The notes below the pieces were generated by a model that worked only from the letters and a program-made list of their open reading frames with translations, searched no databases and was not told the DNA's origin. The position numbers and the translations under genes are program-made. A stretch of DNA of 64,000 bases from the NCBI GenBank assembly GCA_035459705.1, contig DATHXI010000051.1:7205-71204 (forward strand). The letters run 5' to 3'. Numbering within the stretch: the first letter of the stretch is position 1; the number at the start of each line of letters is the position of its first letter. Shown here piece by piece: positions 9,722-18,678 of the stretch. The DNA is from Methylotenera sp. (GTDB lineage: Bacteria; Pseudomonadota; Gammaproteobacteria; Burkholderiales; Methylophilaceae).

Positions 9722-10549
9722 ATGCCTTCTGAAGCATCCATCGTATTTGGCACTGAGGCTGCAAATGAATATGCAGTTACTCGGCATAGCAAAGACGGTG
9801 TAGATGCCAAGACAGATGTGATTGCCGAGGAAGTGCCTATCGCGATGGTGTACAACGGTATTTCCCATGTGGTGATGCTGGCAACGCCTCAGGATCTAGA
9901 AGATTTTGCGCTAGGTTTTTCACTTACAGAAGGCATTTTGGATGGGCCTAGTGATTTGTACGGTGTGGAAATCGTTCCGCAAGTACAAGGTATAGAGCTA
10001 CATTTAGAAGTGGCTTCTAGTTGTTTTCAACGACTAAAAGAAGCGCGTAGAAATATGACTGGCCGCACCGGTTGTGGGCTTTGCGGTAGTGAGAGCTTAG
10101 AACAGGCCTTGAGAATTCCTACGCTTAAAGTTGCACAAGCAAATGTCAATATAGTGAATGGTGATGTGATTAACCTTGCTTTTGCCAATATACGCAAGCA
10201 ACAGAAACTGCAGGCAATAACTGGCGCTACACATGCCAGTGCCTGGATTAACCTGCGAGGCGAGGTAGAGTTGGTGCGTGAAGATGTGGGGCGTCATAAC
10301 GCATTAGATAAATTACTAGGCGCAATGGCAAAAGCGAAACAGCAGCGAGCAGGCTTTGTACTCACAACCAGCCGGGCCAGCTATGAAATGGTACAGAAAA
10401 CAGCAAGTGCTGGAATTAATATGCTGGCTGCCATCTCGGCACCGACTGGGCTTGCTATTCGCATCGCAGAGCAGTGTAATTTAACATTGGTGGGCTTTGC
10501 GCGTGAAGATAGTTATGTGGTGTATAGCCACCCGGAAAATATAAGCTGA
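9722..10549 (+). CDS. fdhD: Formate dehydrogenase accessory sulfurtransferase FdhD (FdsC)
   Basis: GRTGCGLCG, REDVGRHNALDK, SRASYEMVQK. Confidence 0.95.
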   Translation: MPSEASIVFGTEAANEYAVTRHSKDGVDAKTDVIAEEVPIAMVYNGISHVVMLATPQDLEDFALGFSLTEGILDGPSDLYGVEIVPQVQGIELHLEVASSCFQRLKEARRNMTGRTGCGLCGSESLEQALRIPTLKVAQANVNIVNGDVINLAFANIRKQQKLQAITGATHASAWINLRGEVELVREDVGRHNALDKLLGAMAKAKQQRAGFVLTTSRASYEMVQKTASAGINMLAAISAPTGLAIRIAEQCNLTLVGFAREDSYVVYSHPENIS

Positions 10550-10569
10550 AACAGAAGAGTGATGCACAT

Positions 10570-10839
10570 ATGCAAATAGAACATTTAGTGACGATGGCCA
10601 ACCAGATTGGGGATTTCTTTAAGTTCTTTCCAGATCAAGCACAGGCCAAAAAAGATATTGCCCAGCATTTATCACGCTTTTGGGCCAAAAATATGCGTAA
10701 GCAGATTTTGGCGCATACGCTTGATAAAAATGGTGATGGACTTGAAGCGATTGTAAGCGATGCGATTAAAGAGCACCTCAATAACAAAGACGCTAAGTTG
10801 CAATTAACAGAAACGGCTACTCAATATTTAGGGCAATAG
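10570..10839 (+). CDS. fdsD: Formate dehydrogenase delta subunit
   Basis: LVTMANQIGDFF and HLSRFWAKNMR signatures; last gene of the fds operon. Confidence 0.92.
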   Translation: MQIEHLVTMANQIGDFFKFFPDQAQAKKDIAQHLSRFWAKNMRKQILAHTLDKNGDGLEAIVSDAIKEHLNNKDAKLQLTETATQYLGQ

Positions 10840-10854
10840 ATTTAGAAACATCTT

Positions 10855-12507
10855 CTATTTTTGAAGCTGAAATAACCTAAAACTCTCTCTTCTGTCAGCA
10901 GCACGCTTACCACTCCAAATCAATTTCCATTCTGCTGCAGGCTGCATTTTTGCACTGCTTCTCTCATCCTGAATTAAGTATAAATCACAGCTCAATTGCT
11001 GCGTGGTTTCAAGTGGCTGTAGCTTAATGTTGGTGTAGTAATGCAGCAACATGAGCTGTGCTTTCCCCACTTGCAAGCTGTTGACGCAGGTATAGTGCGC
11101 GGGCAGTGCTTTGTTTAGGCTAGTGAAAACATTGTGATAACTTTTAGCTGAGTCAATCATTGGCAGCCATAGCGTCATCAATAAGCCCCAGCCGAATGTC
11201 ATACCTACAGCCCAATGCGTCACCGTGGATTTGTTGGTCTGTTTGGCGCGGATGCAAACAACCAGCCAAATCATAGAAATCAACACCGCAATAATGAAGG
11301 TTAACCAGTTGAAATAGGCCTCATCCATAGCGGATAAAAACTGCATACGCTCTTTGATTTTGGCAGGGTAACCCGTCATCATCGCAAACCAGCCCAGCCA
11401 AATTAAGAAGCCAATGAGCGCAAATAGCATCACACCAAACCAGTTCAAAGCTGCAGCAGCGCCACGTTTGAGGTGCTCTACGCTACCTGCACCAAGAGCA
11501 ACTAACGGTAATAATAGAGGTAAGGCATTCGTATCTTTAGGCGTAGCGCCGAAACCTAACAATAATAGGCTGGACGTAAAGAAAACCAGCATGAGTTGAA
11601 ATTTTGGTTTGCCCGCGAGTTGACTGCGATAACGCCATAAGCCCCACAATGCGAGCGGTAATGCTGGCCATGCATACCAAATCATGATTCGCAAGAAATA
11701 TAGATGATTTGATTGGCTAAAGTTAGCCTGATTCATCTGCAACCAATTAGTAAATAAACTCGGCGACTCATAATGAAACATTACTAACCAGCCAGCAATG
11801 AGTGGGCTGGCAATCAATAGCGCCACACTAAGTACAGTTGCGTAACTTTGCGTACGCCAGGCCTTAAACAAAACAGGCAAGATAATCGCTGTGCTCATTA
11901 AGATCAGAACAGGCATAATGCCGTCGGATAAGAAGCCAACTCCTAAAGCGAGTCCTAGTAGGCCGCTGGCACGCCAAGGGCGTCGTTTAGATAGCGCTAG
12001 TGCATAAAAACCAGTGGCTGTGCAGGCAAGTCCAGCGACTTCAGAAGTCAGGCTATGTGCAGTGATAACTAAACCTATCGTCCCCATCATAATAAACGCG
12101 GCATGACGGCCTACACCACGTGCCCAGAGTTCCCGCCCTGACATTCCAACCATGAGTAATACAATTGTCATCCAAGCTGCATTCACCAGCCTAGCGCCAT
12201 CATGTATGTTCAAAATTGGGGATAATAGTTTTGCACTGATTGCAGCGCTTAGGTAATACAAAGGGGGTGTTTTAAGTGAGGTTTCACCTACGGCGAGGGG
12301 AGCAATCCAACTGCCACCTTCCAATATGTTTTTAACGATACTGATGCCGGTAGATTCTAGGGGTTTCCATGGGCCATGACCGATTAAGCCTAGTAATATC
12401 CAGATAGCACACAACAGAAGCAGTAGTTGGGTTTTAGCGCTTTCGCCAACGCGCGCGCGCGGAGTGGCCATGTTGCCTTGCCAATCGTGATCTAGTTGAA
12501 AGCGCAT
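10855..12507 (-). CDS. ArnT-like GT-C family inner-membrane glycosyltransferase
   Basis: Many TM helices, KTPPLYY motif. Position downstream of rho-rpmE matches the arrangement common in betaproteobacteria. Confidence 0.8.
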   Translation of the reverse strand: MRFQLDHDWQGNMATPRARVGESAKTQLLLLLCAIWILLGLIGHGPWKPLESTGISIVKNILEGGSWIAPLAVGETSLKTPPLYYLSAAISAKLLSPILNIHDGARLVNAAWMTIVLLMVGMSGRELWARGVGRHAAFIMMGTIGLVITAHSLTSEVAGLACTATGFYALALSKRRPWRASGLLGLALGVGFLSDGIMPVLILMSTAIILPVLFKAWRTQSYATVLSVALLIASPLIAGWLVMFHYESPSLFTNWLQMNQANFSQSNHLYFLRIMIWYAWPALPLALWGLWRYRSQLAGKPKFQLMLVFFTSSLLLLGFGATPKDTNALPLLLPLVALGAGSVEHLKRGAAAALNWFGVMLFALIGFLIWLGWFAMMTGYPAKIKERMQFLSAMDEAYFNWLTFIIAVLISMIWLVVCIRAKQTNKSTVTHWAVGMTFGWGLLMTLWLPMIDSAKSYHNVFTSLNKALPAHYTCVNSLQVGKAQLMLLHYYTNIKLQPLETTQQLSCDLYLIQDERSSAKMQPAAEWKLIWSGKRAADRRESFRLFQLQK

Positions 12508-12578
12508 AATATTTACAAACTCGGCTGTCGTTTTTATTCTAAGTAATTATTCTAACTGATTGCAGCTAGCAGCAAAAT

Positions 12579-12604
12579 AAAAAGGCAGCCTAAGCTGCCT
12601 TTTT
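12579..12604. terminator. Intrinsic terminator after rpmE
   Basis: AAAAAGGCAGC-CTAA-GCTGCCTTTTT hairpin with A and T tracts. Confidence 0.85.
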
Positions 12605-12639
12605 GATTCAGTACTGATAAATCAGTGCATGAATATAGA

Positions 12640-12882
12640 TTACATGCCGTATTTTTTACGGAATTTATCAACACGGCCAGCCGTATCAAGAATCATTTGT
12701 TTACCTGTGTAGAACGGGTGAGATTTTGAAGAAACCTCAATTTTCACAAGTGGGTATTCTTTGCCGTCTGTCCATTTAATGGTGTCACGTGCAGAGATTG
12801 TAGAACGTGTAAGAAAACTAAAGTCAGCGCCGATGTCTTGGAACACTACTTCACGGTATGCTGGATGGATTCCATCTTTCAT
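12640..12882 (-). CDS. rpmE2: 50S ribosomal protein L31 type B (Zn-independent)
   Basis: [34 protein letters not shown]; no Cys residues. Confidence 0.97.
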   Translation of the reverse strand: MKDGIHPAYREVVFQDIGADFSFLTRSTISARDTIKWTDGKEYPLVKIEVSSKSHPFYTGKQMILDTAGRVDKFRKKYGM

Positions 12883-12952
12883 GATATTAACCTCAATGTT
12901 TGCCGAAAGATACGGCAGTAATTAGTTTGCGCAAAATTCGCGATAGCCGCGC

Positions 12953-12981
12953 ATTATATTTACTTTCGCGCCTGTTTGCAA
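12953..12981 (-). promoter_or_regulatory. Sigma70 promoter of rpmE2 with GC-rich discriminator
   Basis: Minus strand TTGCAA (12981-12976), 17-bp spacer, TATAAT (12958-12953), then GCGCGGC. Confidence 0.75.
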
Positions 12982-13021
12982 GATTATATAGTCGCAAGGT
13001 GAGAATGCTGCTGATTATGTC

Positions 13022-14281
13022 TTAGCCACGACGCATGCTGTCGAAGAAATCAGCATTGTTTTTCGTAGCTTTGATCTTATCTAACAAGAATTCCATCGCC
13101 TCGAGGTCATCCATTGGGTAGAGTAATTTACGTAAAACCCAGATTTTCTGTAAACAGTCTTTGTCGATGAGCAACTCTTCACGACGGGTACCGGATTTGT
13201 TCACGTTAATTGCAGGATATTGGCGTTTCTCGGCCATGCGACGGTCAAGATGGATTTCCATATTGCCGGTACCTTTGAATTCCTCGTAGATCACATCATC
13301 CATACGCGAGCCAGTATCAACGAGGGCTGTAGCGATAATAGTAAGTGAACCACCTTCTTCAATATTACGTGCCGCACCGAAGAAGCGTTTCGGGCGTTGG
13401 AGCGCATTGGCATCCACACCACCGGTTAATACCTTGCCTGATGAAGGAATCACGGTATTGTAAGCACGCGCTAAGCGGGTGATTGAGTCTAGTAAAATCA
13501 CCACATCTTTTTTATGTTCTACCAGGCGTTTAGCTTTTTCTAACACCATTTCAGCCACTTGTACGTGGCGTGTGGCAGGCTCATCAAAAGTTGAAGCAAC
13601 CACTTCACCTTTTACAGAGCGAGTCATTTCCGTTACTTCTTCAGGACGTTCATCAATCAATAACACGATTAAAATCACGTCCGGATGATTGGCGGTGATG
13701 GCATGTGCGATGTTTTGCATCATGACTGTTTTACCACTCTTAGGACTTGCAACTAGTAAGCCACGTTGACCTTTACCAATAGGCGCAATCATATCGATTA
13801 CACGGCTGGTGATGTTTTCTACACCTTTGATATCGCGTTCTAATGTGAGTGGAATGGTAGGGAAGAGTGGAGTTAAGTTTTCGAAGAGGATTTTATGTTT
13901 GGTGTTTTCTGGCGCTTCGCCATTCACCATGTCAACTTTAACTAAGGCAAAGTAACGTTCACCGTCTTTTGGGGTGCGAATCTCGCCTTGAATGGTGTCG
14001 CCTGTATGTAGATTAAATCGGCGAATCTGCGAGGGTGAAACATAAATATCATCAGGCCCGGCTAGATAAGATGTGTCTGGCGAGCGTAAAAACCCGAATC
14101 CATCCTGTAATACCTCCAGCGTACCATCCCCAAAAATACTATCGCCCTTTTTAGCTTTGTTCTTCAAGATGGCAAAAATCAAATCTTGCTTGCGCATGCG
14201 GCTAGCATTTTCGATTTCATTGGTAATTGCCATGTCGACTAGCTCGGTAACAGGTAAGTGCTTAAGGTCTGATAAGTGCAT
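13022..14281 (-). CDS. rho: Transcription termination factor Rho
   Basis: 419 aa; [36 protein letters not shown]. Confidence 0.99.
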   Translation of the reverse strand: MHLSDLKHLPVTELVDMAITNEIENASRMRKQDLIFAILKNKAKKGDSIFGDGTLEVLQDGFGFLRSPDTSYLAGPDDIYVSPSQIRRFNLHTGDTIQGEIRTPKDGERYFALVKVDMVNGEAPENTKHKILFENLTPLFPTIPLTLERDIKGVENITSRVIDMIAPIGKGQRGLLVASPKSGKTVMMQNIAHAITANHPDVILIVLLIDERPEEVTEMTRSVKGEVVASTFDEPATRHVQVAEMVLEKAKRLVEHKKDVVILLDSITRLARAYNTVIPSSGKVLTGGVDANALQRPKRFFGAARNIEEGGSLTIIATALVDTGSRMDDVIYEEFKGTGNMEIHLDRRMAEKRQYPAINVNKSGTRREELLIDKDCLQKIWVLRKLLYPMDDLEAMEFLLDKIKATKNNADFFDSMRRG

Positions 14282-14477
14282 GAAGGCTCACTAAAACAAG
14301 ATGTGTGGAGGTTGTGAAGCTGAAAACCAGGGATTTGTTAAATTGGGATTTAATTTGCTGCAAATTTACTGCATTAGAATTTCACTGTAACAGTGAAAAA
14401 TGCTTGGTTTCGAGTGATTGCTTTATGCTAAATCAACTACGCAGCCAAGCATTGATTATATGTGTAGCGTAATGCGT

Positions 14478-14804
14478 TTAGATGTTGCTGTCAATAAATG
14501 CTGTTAATTGTGATTTTGACAATGCACCTACTTTGGTAGCTTCTACATTACCATTTTTAAACAACATAAGTGTTGGAATGCCACGGATGCCATATTTTGG
14601 CGGCGTAAGTTGATTGTCATCAATGTTAAGCTTGGCAACTTTGAGGCGACCCGCATACTCTTTAGAGATTTCATCTAAAATCGGGGCAATCATTTTACAT
14701 GGGCCACACCACTCCGCCCAATAGTCAACCAGTACAGGAAGCTGCGATTGTAAGACGTCTTGCTCAAAACCGGCGTCGTTAAGGTGTGTAATATGCTCGC
14801 TCAT
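14478..14804 (-). CDS. trxA: Thioredoxin
   Basis: WCGPC active site; conserved trxA-rho synteny. Confidence 0.99.
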   Translation of the reverse strand: MSEHITHLNDAGFEQDVLQSQLPVLVDYWAEWCGPCKMIAPILDEISKEYAGRLKVAKLNIDDNQLTPPKYGIRGIPTLMLFKNGNVEATKVGALSKSQLTAFIDSNI

Positions 14805-14946
14805 GAAAACCTCTATTGATTAGTGCTTTAAAATAAATACGTATCGTAACGAAAAAAATCGTTTTAGTGAAGTATCAAATATTGAAGTGTATACCTAAAA
14901 GGTAAATTCTTGACTATCTATCCAGCATAAATAATAGGAAATGATA

Positions 14947-16527
14947 TTAATTGAGTACACTAAATTGTATGCGTTCAAAGTAGTGTGACCGTTCAATTAA
15001 CTTTGTCAGCATAATGTGCTGGCGTTGATTTTTATAGCTGAGCACTAATGGGCGTGCTGGCTCAAATGTACCTCTGGGGACAATGATTGATGCAGCTTGT
15101 TTGACTGCTGTGATTTCAGGAAGCAGCAACACCATTTCTTCGTCTTCCTCGCCTTCAATATTTGCAAAAGCACTTTGCGCGTGCGGTGCAATGAGCTGTA
15201 CACCCATATCTAGACTGTCTTTGGAGCCGCAGCTTGCCCAGCGCACTAGACCTATCGACCATTGATGTTCATCTTTTGTTTTAATGCCGAGAAGACTGCC
15301 AATTCTGATATTTTTTTCGGCAGTTGGATGGCGACGGGCAGACAGTCCAATTGCGCTGATATTGAGTATCTGCCAACGCGAGGGTCTGACATCCTGCGGG
15401 TGGCTTAGGTTGAGCTCGTCAGCGTGCCTAGCTAAGTTTGAAGCAATAGGTTTGTTATCTGATACATGGTGTATCGCAGCAATACCAGTCACCAGCTCAA
15501 GTTCACCATTTTTTTGTGAGCGATTGAAAACACGTTTGGGGATAACACCCCAGTGTTTGATGAGGTAAGTCAGCAGGTCAATATAATCGTTGCGATTAGC
15601 ATTGTCTGGGATGCTGCCATCTTTTGGTAGCTCCTTGTTTAATAGGCTGCTCAGATGCTGATGGATAATGCGTACCAGACCCATGGTTTGCAGCAAGATA
15701 TCAGTATTTGGATCAGGTGCTACCTTTTGTTTGCTGTAAGGTATTGGTGGGTCATTAGATTTTAAGCTAATAATAAAAGCACCAGCTAACGTATCTAGTG
15801 GGGTGACTGCAGTAATCTGTGCGTCCTTAACGTGATATGCCAAGAAGTTAGCAATCAGTCTGATATCCCTTTGTGTGAGATGCTGAGGGTCAGCCAGTGA
15901 CATCAATAAGGCATGTTTGTAGGTGCTCTCAATCGAGGTCTCAATATCATCATCAAATTCAAGGTAAGCTTTATCTGTATCTAGTGCTAGATTTTGTATG
16001 TCCAATTGAACTGCGCAAAAATATAATTGGTGTAAGTCGCCCCAAATATGGTCAGGCGGTGTTAAGTAGGTTTGGTAATGAACCAATGCATGTTCGCCTA
16101 TGGCATGCATCGCCCGTTGAATGGCATGTGCCGAGCTTTTGTCTGTGCCCAGCTTGATCAGTTGGTTTTGTAAGTCAATTAATGCCAGTTTGTAGCCATA
16201 GCCTAGTTCAAGCCAGAGTGACTCAGCCGCACCGGAGGCTAACTTGGCTTTGTCGTGTAAAGGCAATGCTGCGTTGCAGTAATCTTCAGCAAGTGCTTGT
16301 GTTATCGTTATGAGCATTGGCCGGTAGGCATCGAGCGCTTGAATTCTATGATTCGGAGAAACTTTTTGACGATTCAGTATTTCCAGCTCGATATGCAAGT
16401 GAGAGGCGATATCAAGCGGGTGTTGCGTTTGCAGTTTGGCTAACGACTGGCTGATTTTCTGCGGTTGTGTATCCGCAATAATAATCGGATTCTCTTTAAG
16501 CGTAGGGATGTGTAGTTTTAGCGCCAT
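14947..16527 (-). CDS. Conserved hypothetical protein with a C-terminal PilZ-like c-di-GMP-binding region
   Basis: Helical N-terminal part; RVFNR (RxxxR) and NISAIG (NxSxxG) motifs followed by a beta-rich domain. Confidence 0.65.
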   Translation of the reverse strand: MALKLHIPTLKENPIIIADTQPQKISQSLAKLQTQHPLDIASHLHIELEILNRQKVSPNHRIQALDAYRPMLITITQALAEDYCNAALPLHDKAKLASGAAESLWLELGYGYKLALIDLQNQLIKLGTDKSSAHAIQRAMHAIGEHALVHYQTYLTPPDHIWGDLHQLYFCAVQLDIQNLALDTDKAYLEFDDDIETSIESTYKHALLMSLADPQHLTQRDIRLIANFLAYHVKDAQITAVTPLDTLAGAFIISLKSNDPPIPYSKQKVAPDPNTDILLQTMGLVRIIHQHLSSLLNKELPKDGSIPDNANRNDYIDLLTYLIKHWGVIPKRVFNRSQKNGELELVTGIAAIHHVSDNKPIASNLARHADELNLSHPQDVRPSRWQILNISAIGLSARRHPTAEKNIRIGSLLGIKTKDEHQWSIGLVRWASCGSKDSLDMGVQLIAPHAQSAFANIEGEEDEEMVLLLPEITAVKQAASIIVPRGTFEPARPLVLSYKNQRQHIMLTKLIERSHYFERIQFSVLN

Positions 16528-16746
16528 TTTTTATTTTTAGTTGATTGAAGGCTGTTTAATGATTGTATGATAATGCTGGGCTACACACTAGTAAAATGAC
16601 AAGTATTCAATTGTTAACCAAACCACCTACCCATAAGGCTGGGTGTGTTCAGAAGGATACTTAAAAGTGTCTTCGCTTTGAGCGTTAATGCGTTTATATC
16701 TCTTATCTATATAACTTAAATCTATACACCTTTAAATTCTGTTGAA

Positions 16747-17253
16747 ATGACCATGCCAAGATTTTTATCACAATCATTCATATTTGCTGTGTTGACGGCA
16801 GGATCTTTACTGATTAGCCAATCTGTAATGGCAGACACCAAGAATAAAGCGGGTTTTTTGTTAAAAGACACAGCAGGCGTTAAACACCAGCTATCTAATT
16901 ACAAAGGTAAGTGGGTGCTGGTTAATTATTGGGCTACCTGGTGTCCGCCATGCCTAGAAGAGGTGCCGGATTTAGTGAACTTGTATGATAACCGCAGAAA
17001 AAAAGATTTAATGGTGCTAGGCGTGGTGTTTGACTACAAAGACACAACAGAGGTGGCAGACTACGTAGATGATATGTTGATGTCTTATCCGATTGTGTTG
17101 GGGGATGAAGCAGTGACTGAGCAAATAGGTTCAGCAGACGTGTTGCCCACGACTTTTATTTACAATCCCCAAGGCAAGCTGGTTAAAATTAAGCGCGGCT
17201 TAATTACCAAGGACTATATCGAGCAAATCATTGGGCTAGGTAAAGCTAGCTAG
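16747..17253 (+). CDS. TlpA/ResA-family thiol:disulfide oxidoreductase
   Basis: Signal peptide; NYWATWCPPC; cis-Pro loop VLPTTF. Confidence 0.92.
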   Translation: MTMPRFLSQSFIFAVLTAGSLLISQSVMADTKNKAGFLLKDTAGVKHQLSNYKGKWVLVNYWATWCPPCLEEVPDLVNLYDNRRKKDLMVLGVVFDYKDTTEVADYVDDMLMSYPIVLGDEAVTEQIGSADVLPTTFIYNPQGKLVKIKRGLITKDYIEQIIGLGKAS

Positions 17254-17292
17254 ACTATTAAATTAGTTAGCTAGCCCGGTGATTCAGTTTTT

Positions 17293-17610
17293 TTAATGTG
17301 GCACGGCAATGCTGTTGCCAGCATTATCAAGTACATTCAACTGGTTTTCATCAGCAAAATGCATCAATTGTGCATAGCCTTCAGGATTCACTACTTTAAG
17401 TTTTAAATCTACAGCCAAGCAACGCACCCCATTGACCACTCTTGGTTTTAGGTAAGGTGAGTATTTCAGTTTGCGGTCTTCGCCGAATGTGGCGTAAGTG
17501 CTGCACATGCGATCCACCCAGTCACTTGGGCGGAAAGGCTTGCCTGCCCTTGTGTTGCCTTCAATGATAATTTCATCATGTGCTTTAGTTACAGTTGGTT
17601 CTTTAGTCAT
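17293..17610 (-). CDS. DUF3579-family protein
   Basis: IIEGNTRAGKPFRPSDWVDRM and FADENQL signatures. Confidence 0.8.
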   Translation of the reverse strand: MTKEPTVTKAHDEIIIEGNTRAGKPFRPSDWVDRMCSTYATFGEDRKLKYSPYLKPRVVNGVRCLAVDLKLKVVNPEGYAQLMHFADENQLNVLDNAGNSIAVPH

Positions 17611-17678
17611 TTACGTGTGTGCCGATAATTTGAAAATCAATAGTGCATTATAACATCGCTGCTTTTAAGGCTGATGTT

Positions 17679-18284
17679 TTAGGGTAAGTACTCAAAGACT
17701 TTAACGACCTTATCAACACCAGTGGTATTGCGCGCAATCTCTGCTGCGGCATCACCCTCAGCTTGTGTCACATAACCCATCAGATACACCACGCTATTCT
17801 CGGTGACAACTTTGACATAATTAGCTGGGAAGCGGTTTTCTGACACAAATTGAGCTTTTACTTTAGAAGTTATATAACTGTCATTAGTACGTGAGCTAAG
17901 CGAAGACTCTGGCCCAATCGCCAATTCGTTAGTGACGTTTCGCACACTCTCAACGGCTTTGACTGCATCCCCTACCTTTGTTTTAGTGATTTCGTCAGGT
18001 ACTTCACCAGTCACTAATACATTACCTTTATAACTAGTAACATTTACGTGAGATAAATCAGTTACAACATCGTCAATGCTATGAGACGCTTTTAGTTTAA
18101 TATTCTGGTCTTCTACAAACACACCAGAAGTGCGTCTATCCGCCGCCATGGTCCCGCCAGCCGCCGCGCCACCGACCACGACTGGTACGCATGCCGTAAT
18201 TTGCGAGGCCAGCGCTAGCGCTGCCAATAATTGAGTGGTCAGTTTCATGTTCAAATGTGTGCTTAATTTCATTGTGTACCCCAT
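17679..18284 (-). CDS. dolP: Dual-BON domain lipoprotein (DolP/YraP)
   Basis: Lipobox ITAC, DRRTSG, two BON repeats, VVKVFEY end. Start probably at a later Met. Confidence 0.9.
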   Translation of the reverse strand: MGYTMKLSTHLNMKLTTQLLAALALASQITACVPVVVGGAAAGGTMAADRRTSGVFVEDQNIKLKASHSIDDVVTDLSHVNVTSYKGNVLVTGEVPDEITKTKVGDAVKAVESVRNVTNELAIGPESSLSSRTNDSYITSKVKAQFVSENRFPANYVKVVTENSVVYLMGYVTQAEGDAAAEIARNTTGVDKVVKVFEYLP

Positions 18285-18297
18285 ATAAAAAATATTT

Positions 18298-18657
18298 CTA
18301 GAACGCGTTTTTTATCCATTCTACAGCGTTAATATCTATCGATTGCATTAAAACCGCATCAAACCGGCAGGCAGAATTGCCATGAATCTGTAAATAATAT
18401 TCTGCCGTGCGTGTTAATTTCCCCTGCTTGGATTGATCGATACTCATCGCTGCACTGCCAAAATTCTGATTTGTACGTAGCCTGACTTCAACAAATACCA
18501 AGGTTTTTCCATCGCGCATAATCAAATCTATTTCGCCATGTTTGCAACGAAAATTCTTTTCTAACAGTGTGAGGCCGCTTTGTTGCAAAAAAGTTGCAGC
18601 GAGTGATTCGGCAGCATTGCCTTGGTTTAGATGATTTGGCTGAGTCTTTATGAGCAT
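18298..18657 (-). CDS. yraN: YraN family putative endonuclease
   Basis: GEIDLIM, LVFVEVR, CRFDAV. Confidence 0.95.
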   Translation of the reverse strand: MLIKTQPNHLNQGNAAESLAATFLQQSGLTLLEKNFRCKHGEIDLIMRDGKTLVFVEVRLRTNQNFGSAAMSIDQSKQGKLTRTAEYYLQIHGNSACRFDAVLMQSIDINAVEWIKNAF

Positions 18658-18678
18658 TGCTGATTGAATTACTTTGAT

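Noticed and set aside
12579-12604. Near-identical AAAAAGGCAGCCT..GCTGCCTTTTT hairpins here and at 62768, resembling Neisseriaceae-type DNA uptake sequences or REP elements
   Set aside because: Only two copies were noticed in 64 kb, both at terminator positions; uptake sequences would be far more frequent
16620-16700. Two small hairpins upstream of the TlpA-family gene
   Set aside because: Short, GU-rich stems with no recognisable riboswitch or sRNA consensus
18225-18272. Imperfect tandem MKLSTHLN / MKLTTQLL at the DolP N-terminus
   Set aside because: Short and degenerate; it only creates start-codon ambiguity
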